This document shows, one piece after another, positions 55,491 through 64,000 of a DNA stretch of 64,000 bases. The position numbers and the translations under genes were made by a program. Every line of letters starts with the position of its first letter. The first letter of the stretch is position 1. Under the pieces are notes generated by a model, which saw only the letters and a list, made by a program, of their open reading frames with translations, searched no databases and had not been told where the DNA came from. The DNA comes from an uncultured beta proteobacterium (GTDB taxonomy: Bacteria > Pseudomonadota > Gammaproteobacteria > Burkholderiales > JAEUMW01), in NCBI GenBank assembly GCA_963747225.1, contig CAVVES010000020.1:34967-98966 (forward strand), given 5' to 3'.

Positions 55491-56807
55491 TTACTTCGCA
55501 TTCAGCTCTTCCATGCGGATGCGCGTCACCTCGCTCGCGATGGTCGGCAGTTTCTCGATGCGGCCGATCGCGGTATTCACGTGCTTCTCCCGCGTCACGT
55601 GAGTGAGCATGATGATGTCGGCGTGCTGTTCGCCTTCCTGCGGCTCCTTCTGCATCATCGCGTCGATGGAGATCTCGACATCGGCGAGAATGCGGGTAAT
55701 GTCTGCCAGCACGCCGGGCTTGTCCCACGCGCGCATGCGCAGGTAATAGGCACTTTGCACTTCCGACATGGGCAGAATGGGCAGGTCCGTCACCTTGTCC
55801 GGCTGGAATGCGAGGTGCGGCACGCGATGCTCCGGATCAGCCGTGTGCATGCGCGTCACATCCACGAGGTCTGCCACCACGGCCGATGCCGTCGGCTCCG
55901 CACCCGCGCCCGCGCCGTAGTAAAGCGTCGAACCCACGGCGTCGCCTTTGACCAAGACCGCATTCATGACGCCGTCGACGTTCGCGATGAGCCGGCGCTC
56001 CGGAATCAACGTCGGGTGCACGCGCAGCTCGATGCCTTCGGGCCTGCGCTTGGTGATGCCGAGGAGCTTGATCCGATAGCCCAGCTCCTCGGCGTAGCGG
56101 ATGTCGAGGCGCGAAAGCTTCGAGATGCCCTCCGTGTACGCGGAGCTGAATTTCATCGGAATCCCGAAACTGATAGCGGACATGATTGTCAGCTTGTGGG
56201 CGGCGTCAATGCCTTCGATGTCGAAGGTCGGATCGGCCTCCGCGTATCCCCGCGCCTGCGCATCCTTGAGGGCGAGCTCGAAGCTCACGCCGCGATTGCG
56301 CATCTCGGTGAGGATAAAATTGCTGGTGCCGTTGATGATGCCCGCAATCCACTCGATGCGGTTCGCGGTCAGCCCTTCGCGCAGCGCCTTGATGATCGGA
56401 ATGCCCCCGCACACGGCCGCTTCGAAGGCGACCATGACGCCCCGTCTCTGGGCTGCGGCGAATATTTCGTTGCCGTGCAGCGCAAGGAGTGCCTTGTTAG
56501 CGGTCACGACGTGCTTGCCGTTTTCGATTGCCGCGAAGATCAGATCCTTGGCGATGGTACAGCCGCCGATCAGCTCGATGACGATGTCGATCTCGGGATC
56601 GCGCACCACCGAATACGCATCGTCGGTCACGTGCGCGACGCTGTCCGCCATGCTGCGCGCCTTCTCAATATCCTTGTCGGCCACGCTGCGAATCAGGATC
56701 TCACGCCCCGCGCGCCGCGCGATCTCCTGCTGATTGCGGGTGAGCACGGTGAACGTGCCGCCGCCGACGGTGCCGATGCCGAGAAGTCCTGCGTTGATGG
56801 GTTTCAT
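55491..56807 (-). CDS. hom: homoserine dehydrogenase
   Basis: Track ORF 55491..56912; the start MKPINAGLLGIGTVGGG at 56807 overlaps the GNAT stop (ATGA). A C-terminal ACT domain is present. Confidence 0.94.
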   Translation of the reverse strand: MKPINAGLLGIGTVGGGTFTVLTRNQQEIARRAGREILIRSVADKDIEKARSMADSVAHVTDDAYSVVRDPEIDIVIELIGGCTIAKDLIFAAIENGKHVVTANKALLALHGNEIFAAAQRRGVMVAFEAAVCGGIPIIKALREGLTANRIEWIAGIINGTSNFILTEMRNRGVSFELALKDAQARGYAEADPTFDIEGIDAAHKLTIMSAISFGIPMKFSSAYTEGISKLSRLDIRYAEELGYRIKLLGITKRRPEGIELRVHPTLIPERRLIANVDGVMNAVLVKGDAVGSTLYYGAGAGAEPTASAVVADLVDVTRMHTADPEHRVPHLAFQPDKVTDLPILPMSEVQSAYYLRMRAWDKPGVLADITRILADVEISIDAMMQKEPQEGEQHADIIMLTHVTREKHVNTAIGRIEKLPTIASEVTRIRMEELNAK

Positions 56808-57241
56808 AGCGTCTTCGTGAAACCGAAAGTCCTGATGGTGTATCCCGCGCGAAAGTAGAAGCGGTGAGCGCGCTCCCGGTGCGTTCCCGAGTCGAGATCC
56901 AGCACCGCACAACCGGCCCGCCGCGCCTCGTGCTCGAGGTGCGTGAGGAGAGCGTGCCCGACTCCCCTAGAGCGGTGCTCGGCATCCACGATCAAGTCGT
57001 CGACATAGAGCTTGCGGCCCTGGGAAGTATTCTCATAGATACGGAAGATCGCGATGCCGGCGACTGCGTCGTCCGTCACCGCCAGCCGCATTCGCCCGCC
57101 GCCCGCGAATACGCGGACGATGCTCTCCGGATACGGGTCGGGGATCTGCGGTCGCAGTTGCCGGTGCACGGACTCCGCCCGCGCGAGCCAGATGGGCTCC
57201 GCTACCGCACCCTCTCCATTGGTCACTGCAATGATACGCAC
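56804..57241 (-). CDS. GNAT family N-acetyltransferase
   Basis: 145 aa with acetyl-CoA motif A HRSRGVGHALLTHLEHEARRAG. Confidence 0.8.
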   Translation of the reverse strand: MRIIAVTNGEGAVAEPIWLARAESVHRQLRPQIPDPYPESIVRVFAGGGRMRLAVTDDAVAGIAIFRIYENTSQGRKLYVDDLIVDAEHRSRGVGHALLTHLEHEARRAGCAVLDLDSGTHRERAHRFYFRAGYTIRTFGFTKTL

Positions 57242-58426
57242 CTAGAGCAGACCGTCCCTTTTGAACATCTCCCTGATGCCCCGGAGAGCCTGGCGCGTGC
57301 GTGCTTCGTTCTCGATCAGACTGAAGCGCACGTGAGCATCGCCGTATTCGCCGAAGCCAACTCCGGGGGACACGGCGACCTTCGCATCCTTGAGGAGCTT
57401 CTTGGAGAACTCGAGCGAGGCCATCTCCTTGTAGGGCTCCGGGATCGGCGCCCAGACGAACATGGTCGCCTTGGGTATCTCGATCGCCCAGCCCGCCTGC
57501 TGCAGACCCTTGCATAGAACGTCGCGGCGATTCTGGTAGATCTGGCAGATCTGCCGCACCGGCTCCTGGGGTCCCTCGAGGGCCACGATGGAAGCAATCT
57601 GGATCGGCGCGAACGTGCCGTAATCGTGGTAGCTCTTGATCCGGCCGAGCGCCGCGACTAGCTCGCGATTGCCGACCATGAAGCCCACGCGCCAGCCGGG
57701 CATGTTGTAGCTCTTCGACAGCGTGAAGAACTCGACGGCGATCTCCCGCGCTCCGGGAACCTCGAGGACCGAAGGCGACCGATAGCCGTCGAACACGATA
57801 TCGGCGTAAGCGAGATCGTGCACCACGTAGATGTGATGCTCCCGCGCGAGATTGACCACGCGCTCGAAGAAAGCGAGATCGACGCACTGGGTCGTGGGAT
57901 TGCTGGGGAAATTCAGGATCAGCATCTTCGGCTTCGGATAGCTGTCCTTGATCGCCCGCTGCAGTTCGTCGAAGAAGTCGATGCCGGGCCCGATCGGCAC
58001 GTGACGGATATCGGCGCCGGAGATCACCGGTCCGTAGATGTGGATCGGATAGCTCGGGTTCGGGACGAGCACGATGTCGCCCGTATCGAGGGTCGCGAGG
58101 GCAAGATGTGCAATGCCCTCCTTGCTGCCGATGGTCACGATCGCCTCGGTATCGAAATCGAGCTCGACACCGTAGCGGTCCTGATACCACTTGCAGATGG
58201 CACGGCGCAACCGCGGTATGCCCTTCGAGACTGAGTAGCGATGGGTGTCCGGGCGCTGCACCGCCTCGATCAGCTTGTCGACGATGTGCTTCGGAGTCGG
58301 CCCGTCGGGGTTGCCCATTCCGAAGTCGATGATGTCCTCACCGCGCTTGCGCGCGGCAGCTTTGAGCTCACCGGTGATGTTGAAGACGTAAGGCGGCAGG
58401 CGCCGGATGCGGTTGAACTCTTCCAT
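57242..58426 (-). CDS. PLP-dependent aminotransferase, class I (AlaC-like)
   Basis: 394 aa. RLPPYVF...DFGMGNPD...[13 protein letters not shown] (PLP lysine). Confidence 0.9.
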   Translation of the reverse strand: MEEFNRIRRLPPYVFNITGELKAAARKRGEDIIDFGMGNPDGPTPKHIVDKLIEAVQRPDTHRYSVSKGIPRLRRAICKWYQDRYGVELDFDTEAIVTIGSKEGIAHLALATLDTGDIVLVPNPSYPIHIYGPVISGADIRHVPIGPGIDFFDELQRAIKDSYPKPKMLILNFPSNPTTQCVDLAFFERVVNLAREHHIYVVHDLAYADIVFDGYRSPSVLEVPGAREIAVEFFTLSKSYNMPGWRVGFMVGNRELVAALGRIKSYHDYGTFAPIQIASIVALEGPQEPVRQICQIYQNRRDVLCKGLQQAGWAIEIPKATMFVWAPIPEPYKEMASLEFSKKLLKDAKVAVSPGVGFGEYGDAHVRFSLIENEARTRQALRGIREMFKRDGLL

Positions 58427-58518
58427 GGAGAATTTCGGGTTGGGCCAGCCCAGGCAAAAAGGCTATGATTCTATTGCGCGACGCGCCAAGCCGCAATTCG
58501 AAGCACGACCCGGGTGCC

Positions 58519-58890
58519 GTGAAATTCCACCTCGCCGACACATCTGGACTCAACGTCTTCACCGGCTACGGCGAGGGTTACGTTACGGTCAACCGCGTGC
58601 GCTGCGAGTCGAGCGTCGTGGTCCTGCCGGAACGCCTCATCAATCCGTGGGATGCTTCGGGGTTCGACGCACTCGCTCCCGCCCATTTCGAATTTCTTGC
58701 CGGGCTCGGCGTGCAGATCGTGCTTCTCGGCACCGGTCCGCGTCTGCGCTTTCCCGCACCCGCGCTCCAGCGCATCGTCCTTACAACCGGCACCGGCCTC
58801 GAAGTGATGGATGCGAGCGCAGCGTGCCGGACCTACAACATCCTGGCGGCCGAAGGACGCAGCGTTGCCGCGGCGATCCTGCTGAGCTAA
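58519..58890 (+). CDS. Mth938-like / DUF498 family protein
   Basis: Track ORF 58465..58890; probable GTG start at 58519. ..GYGEGYVTVNRVRCESSVVVLP...VLLGTGPRLRFP...GTGLEVMDASAACRTYNIL. Confidence 0.72.
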   Translation: MKFHLADTSGLNVFTGYGEGYVTVNRVRCESSVVVLPERLINPWDASGFDALAPAHFEFLAGLGVQIVLLGTGPRLRFPAPALQRIVLTTGTGLEVMDASAACRTYNILAAEGRSVAAAILLS

Positions 58891-59810
58891 AGCCCCGACA
58901 GCACCTTCAGGTGCGTGGCCACGCTGCGGCCCAGGGCGTGCAATTCGTAGCCGCCTTCCAGCACCGACACGACGCGTCCGCCGCAATGCTTTTCCGCCTG
59001 CTCGAGCAGGCGCCGGGTGACCCAGGCATAGTCCGCCTCGACCAGCCCGAACGAGGCCATGTCGTCGTCCCGGTGCGCGTCGAAGCCCGCGGATATGAAG
59101 ATGAGTTCGGGCCGGAACGCTTCGATCGCAGGCAGCCAGTACTCGGTGATGGCGCCCCGGAATCCCGCGCCGGTCGTGTACGCCGGAAGCGGAATGTTCA
59201 CCATCGTATCCGACCGGCCTTCCACGCCGCTGTAGGGATAGAACGGATGCTGGAAGGTCGAAACCATGAGCACCCGCGGATCATCCTGGAAGATGTCCTC
59301 GGTGCCGTTGCCGTGGTGCACGTCGAAATCCGCGATGCACACCCGCTTCAGGCCGTAATGTTCCAGCGCATGGGCAGCGCCGACAGCGACATTGTTGAAG
59401 AAGCAGAAGCCCATCGCCCGCGCACGTTCGGCGTGATGTCCAGGCGGCCGAACGCAGCAGAACGCCGTCTTCTTCTTGCCAGAGAGGACCAGATCGACCG
59501 CGTGAACGACGGCGCCCGCGGCGCGCAATGCGGCGTTCAGCGAATGCGGGTTCATCGCGGTGTCCGGATCGAGGTGATGGATACCGGTCTGCGGCACCGC
59601 CTCGAAGATGCTGTCGATGTATTCGGGCGCATGGACCCTTTCGAGCTGATGCCGCTCGGCGAGGGGTGCATCGATGTGATCCAGGTAGCCAATCAAGCCC
59701 GAGGCGATGAGCTGATCCTCCACGGCGCGAAGCCGCAAGGGGCTTTCGGGATGATACGACCCCATGTCGTGGGCGAGACAGTCCCGGTGGGTGATGAAGG
59801 CGGTGGGCAA
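58887..59810 (-). CDS. Zn-dependent histone-deacetylase-family (class II HDAC-like) deacetylase
   Basis: 307 aa. RPPGHHA...DFDVHHGNGT...GFDAH..D are hallmark motifs. Confidence 0.9.
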   Translation of the reverse strand: MPTAFITHRDCLAHDMGSYHPESPLRLRAVEDQLIASGLIGYLDHIDAPLAERHQLERVHAPEYIDSIFEAVPQTGIHHLDPDTAMNPHSLNAALRAAGAVVHAVDLVLSGKKKTAFCCVRPPGHHAERARAMGFCFFNNVAVGAAHALEHYGLKRVCIADFDVHHGNGTEDIFQDDPRVLMVSTFQHPFYPYSGVEGRSDTMVNIPLPAYTTGAGFRGAITEYWLPAIEAFRPELIFISAGFDAHRDDDMASFGLVEADYAWVTRRLLEQAEKHCGGRVVSVLEGGYELHALGRSVATHLKVLSGL

Positions 59811-60030
59811 AAAAACTCCTCGTGCGCGGTACGCGGACCTGCCTTGTAAGAAAACTGCAGCCTTGCCGGAATGCTATAGGCAGCAACCCGCAAAGTCCAT
59901 TGCGCCGCGGCCCGCGACGTTGCGACTGTCGCACTGGCGGGCGTACGCCGACGCGCCGGACCCGGCCGATACCGACCGCGACCCGGGAGCCGTTCGGGTA
60001 AACTGTCGAGCCCCGTTGCAAGGAAGCGTT

Positions 60031-62730
60031 GTGAGCCCGCTCCACACTGTCGAACGGCGGTACCTGTCGCAGCTTTTCGCCCCAACGTCTGTTGCATTGG
60101 TCGGCGCGAGCGAGCAGCTTGGGAGCGCGGGCCGGATCCTGCTCGAAAACCTTCAGCACGGCGATTACCAGGGCGAATTCTTCGCGGTTAATCCACGGCA
60201 CACGACGGTGCTCGGCGTTCCGTGTCATGCGAGCGTGGACGCGATCGGCAGGCCGATCGACCTCGCCATCATCGCCACCTCCGCGGACGTGGTGCCGGAC
60301 GTGATCGAATCCTGCCGCAAGGCGCGGGTGTTTGCTGTTCTCATCCTCACCGCGGAACTGCGCCCCGTAACACCCGATTCCGAAGCGCTGCTCGAGACCA
60401 CGCTGACTCTCGCGAAGAAATCGGGAATCCGCATCCTCGGTCCCAATTCGGTCGGCCTGATGCGGCCGTCGCTCGCGTTCAACGGCGCCTTGATCAAAGG
60501 GCCGGTCAAGCCCGGCAGCGTCGCGCTCGCGTCCCACTCGGGCGCGCTCCTGAGCGCGATGGTCGACTGGGCGCGCGCCGACGAGATCGGCTTCTCGAGC
60601 GTGATTGCCCTGGGCGATCGCGCCGACATCGACCTCGCCGATGTGCTCGACTTTCTCACCGAAGACCCGAAGACCGAGAGCATTCTGCTGTACACGGAAG
60701 CTTTCCGCCGGCCGCGGCGCTTTCTCTCCGCCCTGCGCGCGGCCGCGCGCCTGAAGCCAGTGATCGTGGTCAAGGCGGGACGTCATGCAGGGAGCGCGCA
60801 AGCTGCGCTCACCCACGCCGGCGCGCTGGTCGGGCGCGACGACGTGGTCGATGCAGCCATCCGCCGGGCGGGAGCGGTGAGGGTGGTTACGTGCTCGCAG
60901 CTCTTCTCCGCCGCCAAGTGCCTTTCTTCGCGCTACAAGCCCACCGGCGACCGCCTCGCCATCGTCACTAACGGCGGCGGCCCCGGGGTGATCGCGGCCG
61001 ACTGGGCGATCGAGAGAGGAATTCACGTTGCGGAATTCGCGTCGGAAACGCTGGCAGCCATTCGCGAGACCCTGTCGCCGGGACACCATGCGGGCAACCC
61101 CGTCGACATCGGCGAAGACGCCGGCGGTGAGCGCTACGCGCCGGCGGTCCGCGCCTTTTTTGCCGATCCCGGTGTCGACGGGGTGCTTGTCATTCATGCC
61201 CCGCAGGTAATCTCTGACTCCTCCGAGGTTGCGAACGCCGTCATCGCGCTTCGCCCCGAAAGCAGCAAGCCCCTCGTCACGTGCTGGATGGGCGATGCGC
61301 AGGTCGCCGCAGCCCGCCAGCTGCTGCAGGACGCGAGCATCCCGGTGTTCCGTACGCCGGAGCCTGCGGTGGAAGCCTTCAAGAACATCGTCAGCTACTA
61401 CCAGAACCAGCAATTGCTCATGCAGGTGCCCGGTCCTCTCGCGCGAGAGCAACCGGCCCACGTCGAAGGTGCGCGCATACTGATCGAGGCGGTGCTCGCG
61501 GAGCGGCGCAAGACGCTGACGGAGACGGAGTCGAAGGCGCTTCTTGCCGCCTTCCGCATCCCGGTCGCGAAGACTGTGGTCGCGCGATCGCTGGCGGAAG
61601 CCCTCGTCAATGCCGAGCAGCTCGGCTTCCCCGTGGCGATGAAGGTCAGCTCCCCGGACATCGTGCACAAATCGGAAGCGCGCGGGGTGCGGCTGGACAT
61701 CCGCAACGCGCAGGAGTTGCGCGCCGCCTATACGGACATCACGGCGAGCGTGAAACAGGCCGCTCCGGACGCGCACATCGAGGGGATTGCGATCCAGCCG
61801 ATGGGAATCAAGCGGAACGGTCGCGAGCTGACCGTGGGCGTCGTTACCGATCCCCAGTTCGGTCCCGTGATCACCTTCGGAGCAGGCGGCTCGCTGGTGG
61901 AGGCGCTCGCGGACCGGGCGGTCGCTCTGCCGCCGCTCAACGGGTTCCTCGCCCGCGATCTCATTCAACGCACGCGCGTCGCCAAGACGCTGGGTGACTA
62001 CCGCAACCTGCCGGCGGCGGACATCGATGCGCTGGTCGAAACCCTCGAACGCGTGTCGGAGATGGTCTGCGAGCTGCCGTGGATCACCGAAATGGACATC
62101 AACCCCCTCATTCTGGACGAGGAGGGAATCATCGCCGTCGACGCTCGTATCCTGGTCGACCACCCCTCGCCGGATCTCTCAGGCCGCTACGCCCACATGG
62201 CGATCTGTCCTTATCCCGCGCACCTGACCGAATCCCTGGTCCTCTCCGACGGCACCGAGATCACGATCCGCCCGATCCGGCCCGAGGACGCGGAGATGGA
62301 GCAGCAGTTCGTGCGCGACCTGTCGGACGAGTCGAAGTACTACCGCTTCATCAGCACGGTGCGCGAGCTGTCGCAGCAAATGCTCGTGCGTTTTACGCAG
62401 ATCGACTACGACCGGGAACTCGCGCTGGTTGCGGTCACCCGCCAGGAAGACCGCGATGTTCAGATCGGTGTCACGCGCTACGTGACCAACGCGAGCGGTG
62501 ACAGCTGCGAGTTTGCGGTGGCTATCGCCGACAGCTGGCAACACCGCGGCATCGGCGGGCGGCTCATGGTGAGTCTCATGGATGCCGCCCGTGAGAAGGG
62601 CCTGCGTCGCATCGAAGGCGACGTGCTGACCGCGAACACCAGGATGCTGCGGTTCGTTCAGGCGCTCGGCTTCGAGGCGCTGCCGAACGAGGAGGACCCG
62701 GACCTGAAACGCTGTGTCCGCGACCTGTGA
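60031..62730 (+). CDS. pat: Pat-type protein lysine acetyltransferase (ADP-forming acyl-CoA synthetase-like domains fused to C-terminal GNAT)
   Basis: Track ORF 59764..62730; probable GTG start at 60031 (VSPLHTVERRYLSQLFAPTSVALVGAS). CoA-binding and ATP-grasp-like regions are followed by GNAT (WQHRGIGGRLMVSLMDAAREKG). Confidence 0.88.
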   Translation: MSPLHTVERRYLSQLFAPTSVALVGASEQLGSAGRILLENLQHGDYQGEFFAVNPRHTTVLGVPCHASVDAIGRPIDLAIIATSADVVPDVIESCRKARVFAVLILTAELRPVTPDSEALLETTLTLAKKSGIRILGPNSVGLMRPSLAFNGALIKGPVKPGSVALASHSGALLSAMVDWARADEIGFSSVIALGDRADIDLADVLDFLTEDPKTESILLYTEAFRRPRRFLSALRAAARLKPVIVVKAGRHAGSAQAALTHAGALVGRDDVVDAAIRRAGAVRVVTCSQLFSAAKCLSSRYKPTGDRLAIVTNGGGPGVIAADWAIERGIHVAEFASETLAAIRETLSPGHHAGNPVDIGEDAGGERYAPAVRAFFADPGVDGVLVIHAPQVISDSSEVANAVIALRPESSKPLVTCWMGDAQVAAARQLLQDASIPVFRTPEPAVEAFKNIVSYYQNQQLLMQVPGPLAREQPAHVEGARILIEAVLAERRKTLTETESKALLAAFRIPVAKTVVARSLAEALVNAEQLGFPVAMKVSSPDIVHKSEARGVRLDIRNAQELRAAYTDITASVKQAAPDAHIEGIAIQPMGIKRNGRELTVGVVTDPQFGPVITFGAGGSLVEALADRAVALPPLNGFLARDLIQRTRVAKTLGDYRNLPAADIDALVETLERVSEMVCELPWITEMDINPLILDEEGIIAVDARILVDHPSPDLSGRYAHMAICPYPAHLTESLVLSDGTEITIRPIRPEDAEMEQQFVRDLSDESKYYRFISTVRELSQQMLVRFTQIDYDRELALVAVTRQEDRDVQIGVTRYVTNASGDSCEFAVAIADSWQHRGIGGRLMVSLMDAAREKGLRRIEGDVLTANTRMLRFVQALGFEALPNEEDPDLKRCVRDL

Positions 62731-62786
62731 ACCGCCTTGCCGGAGGGGTCTACGGGCGCGTAGGGCCGGTTTGCACCGGCGCCGCG

Positions 62787-62802
62787 TGGCACCAAACTTG
62801 CA
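62787..62802 (+). promoter_or_regulatory. sigma-54 (-24/-12) promoter candidate upstream of moxR
   Basis: TGGCAC-CAAAC-TTGCA exactly matches TGGCAC-N5-TTGCA. It lies 20 nt before the ATG at 62822 and 44 nt before the ATG at 62846. Confidence 0.5.
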
Positions 62803-62821
62803 CCCTGCCGACCGCTTCCCC

Positions 62822-63763
62822 ATGCTGCTCAGCCGACCCTCCCCCATGCCGCAACCCGTAGACGCTGTCGTCAAGCAGGTCTCCGCCGTCGTTCTCGGAA
62901 AGGAACAGCATATCCGCCTGGCCCTCGCCTGCCTGCTCGCCCGCGGCCACCTGCTGATCGAAGACCTTCCGGGTGTAGGCAAAACCACCCTCGCCCATGC
63001 TCTGGCGATTTCCGTCGGCCTCGACTTCCAGCGCATCCAGTTCACGAGCGACCTCCTCCCCGCGGATATCCTCGGGGTTTCGATTCTCGATCGCGAAAGC
63101 GGCGAGTTCCGGTTTCACTCCGGACCGATCTTCGCCCAGGTAATCCTGGCCGACGAAGTCAATCGCGCAACGCCCAAGACCCAGAGCGCGCTGCTCGAAG
63201 CCATGGCGGAGCGCCAGGTCACCGTGGAAGGCAAGACCCGGCCGCTCCCGGAACCGTTTTTCGTCATTGCGACCCAGAATCCATCGCACCAGGTCGGCAC
63301 TTTCCCCCTGCCCGAGTCCCAGCTCGATCGCTTCCTCATGCGCATTACCCTCGGCTATCCGGATCGCAAGGCCGAGCGCTCGCTCCTCGAAGGTGCTGAC
63401 CGCCGTGACCTCATCGCGAATCTGCAACCGCGCATGCGTCTCGAGCAACTCGTTGCGCTCCAGCGGCAAGCGCTGGGGGTCCACGCTTCTGCTGCGCTGC
63501 TCGACTACGTGCAGGCCATCATCGAGCATTCACGGCGCTCGCCCGATTTCGTGTCGGGCCTGTCGCCCCGCGCCGGGCTCGCGCTGCTCGGCTCCGCCCG
63601 CGCATGGGCGCTGATGGAAGGCCGCGACCAGGTGTTGCCGGAAGACGTGCAGACGGTGCTTCCCGGTGTGATCGGCCATCGCCTCCACGCCGCGAGCGAG
63701 TTATCGCGGGTGGATGGCTCCGAGCTCTCGCGCAAGCTCGTCTCCGAGGTCGCCATTCCCTGA
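62822..63763 (+). CDS. moxR: MoxR family AAA+ ATPase
   Basis: Track ORF 62714..63763; start is the Met at 62822 or 62846. HLLIEDLPGVGKTTLA (Walker A), ILADEVNRATPKTQSALLEAM (Walker B / sensor). Confidence 0.9.
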   Translation: MLLSRPSPMPQPVDAVVKQVSAVVLGKEQHIRLALACLLARGHLLIEDLPGVGKTTLAHALAISVGLDFQRIQFTSDLLPADILGVSILDRESGEFRFHSGPIFAQVILADEVNRATPKTQSALLEAMAERQVTVEGKTRPLPEPFFVIATQNPSHQVGTFPLPESQLDRFLMRITLGYPDRKAERSLLEGADRRDLIANLQPRMRLEQLVALQRQALGVHASAALLDYVQAIIEHSRRSPDFVSGLSPRAGLALLGSARAWALMEGRDQVLPEDVQTVLPGVIGHRLHAASELSRVDGSELSRKLVSEVAIP

Positions 63764-63794
63764 AGTCGCGGTCGCCAACTTCGAGGTCATCCGC

Positions 63795-64000
63795 GTGATT
63801 CAGGTGCTCAAGGGTTTCATCGGTGACCAGCTGTTCCGGCCGTACGGTGCGGAAAGCGGTCCCATCACCCTTACCCAGCGCCGCATTTTCATCCTGCCTA
63901 CGCGCTACGGGTTCGGCTTTCTCGCCATGCTGGCCGTGATGCTGATGGGTTCGGTGAACTACGCCCTCAGCCTCGGCTTCGTGCTCACCTTCCTGCTCGG
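63795..64000 (+). CDS. DUF58 family protein (5' partial; runs off the window)
   Basis: The frame from the GTG at ~63795 reads ..LTQRRIFILPTRYGFGFLAMLAVMLMGSVNYALSLGFVLTFLL. This is the typical N-terminus of the DUF58 partner of MoxR. It is not in the ORF track because it is open-ended. Confidence 0.6.
   Translation, partial: MIQVLKGFIGDQLFRPYGAESGPITLTQRRIFILPTRYGFGFLAMLAVMLMGSVNYALSLGFVLTFLL

Noticed and set aside
1-64000. CRISPR arrays, tRNA or rRNA genes, IS elements, integrases, and prophage genes flanking the accessory segments.
   Set aside because: I looked through the intergenic regions and the ORF translations. I found no regularly spaced repeat-spacer array, no cloverleaf-like candidate, and no transposase or integrase signature. 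The absence is by eye only.

Overview
This is a 64-kb chromosomal window from a high-GC proteobacterium. Gene content and local synteny (rnfB-like-nth, aminotransferase-hom-thrC, aat-ate-pyrD) suggest a betaproteobacterium, but that is inference only. I recognise about 70 protein-coding genes. I found no rRNA, tRNA, CRISPR array, transposase or integrase.

The backbone is core metabolism built around microaerobic respiration and c-type cytochrome biogenesis:
- hemN and fnr, arranged divergently.
- A cbb3 oxidase supercluster on the minus strand: ccoI-ccoS-ccoNOQP-ccoG-fixH plus two small genes.
- ompW, and three FNR-type boxes.
- Two monohaem cytochromes c and a translationally coupled ccmABCDEFGHI operon.
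- dapA, pyrD, nth, DAHP synthase, nadC, hom-thrC, a deacetylase/Pat-acetyltransferase pair, an ECF sigma/anti-sigma pair, and the start of a moxR-DUF58 operon.

The parts worth a second look are:
1. A roughly 1,460-codon single-gene TIR-CHAT-STAND NTPase-TPR locus (26154-30543). It looks like an immune or conflict system wedged between core genes. It is broken by about 18 frame changes, most of them in one direction.
2. An apparent three-gene operon (1681-4157) joining a SAF-domain dehydrogenase, a formaldehyde-activating-enzyme-like protein and an orphan Hcp (T6SS tube fold). No other T6SS or H4MPT-pathway gene is in the window.
3. A 128-bp dyad-symmetric pair of 8-bp-period GTGAA/TTCAC pentamer arrays between nth and a DUF1841 gene.
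4. A pilin-like gene followed by a frameshifted fragment of a paralogous pilin C-terminus.
5. Two further accessory loci carrying clustered frameshifts.

Everything was done by eye from the sequence and the ORF track. Family names are from memory and no searches were run. Hand-counted motif coordinates may be off by 1-2 nt.
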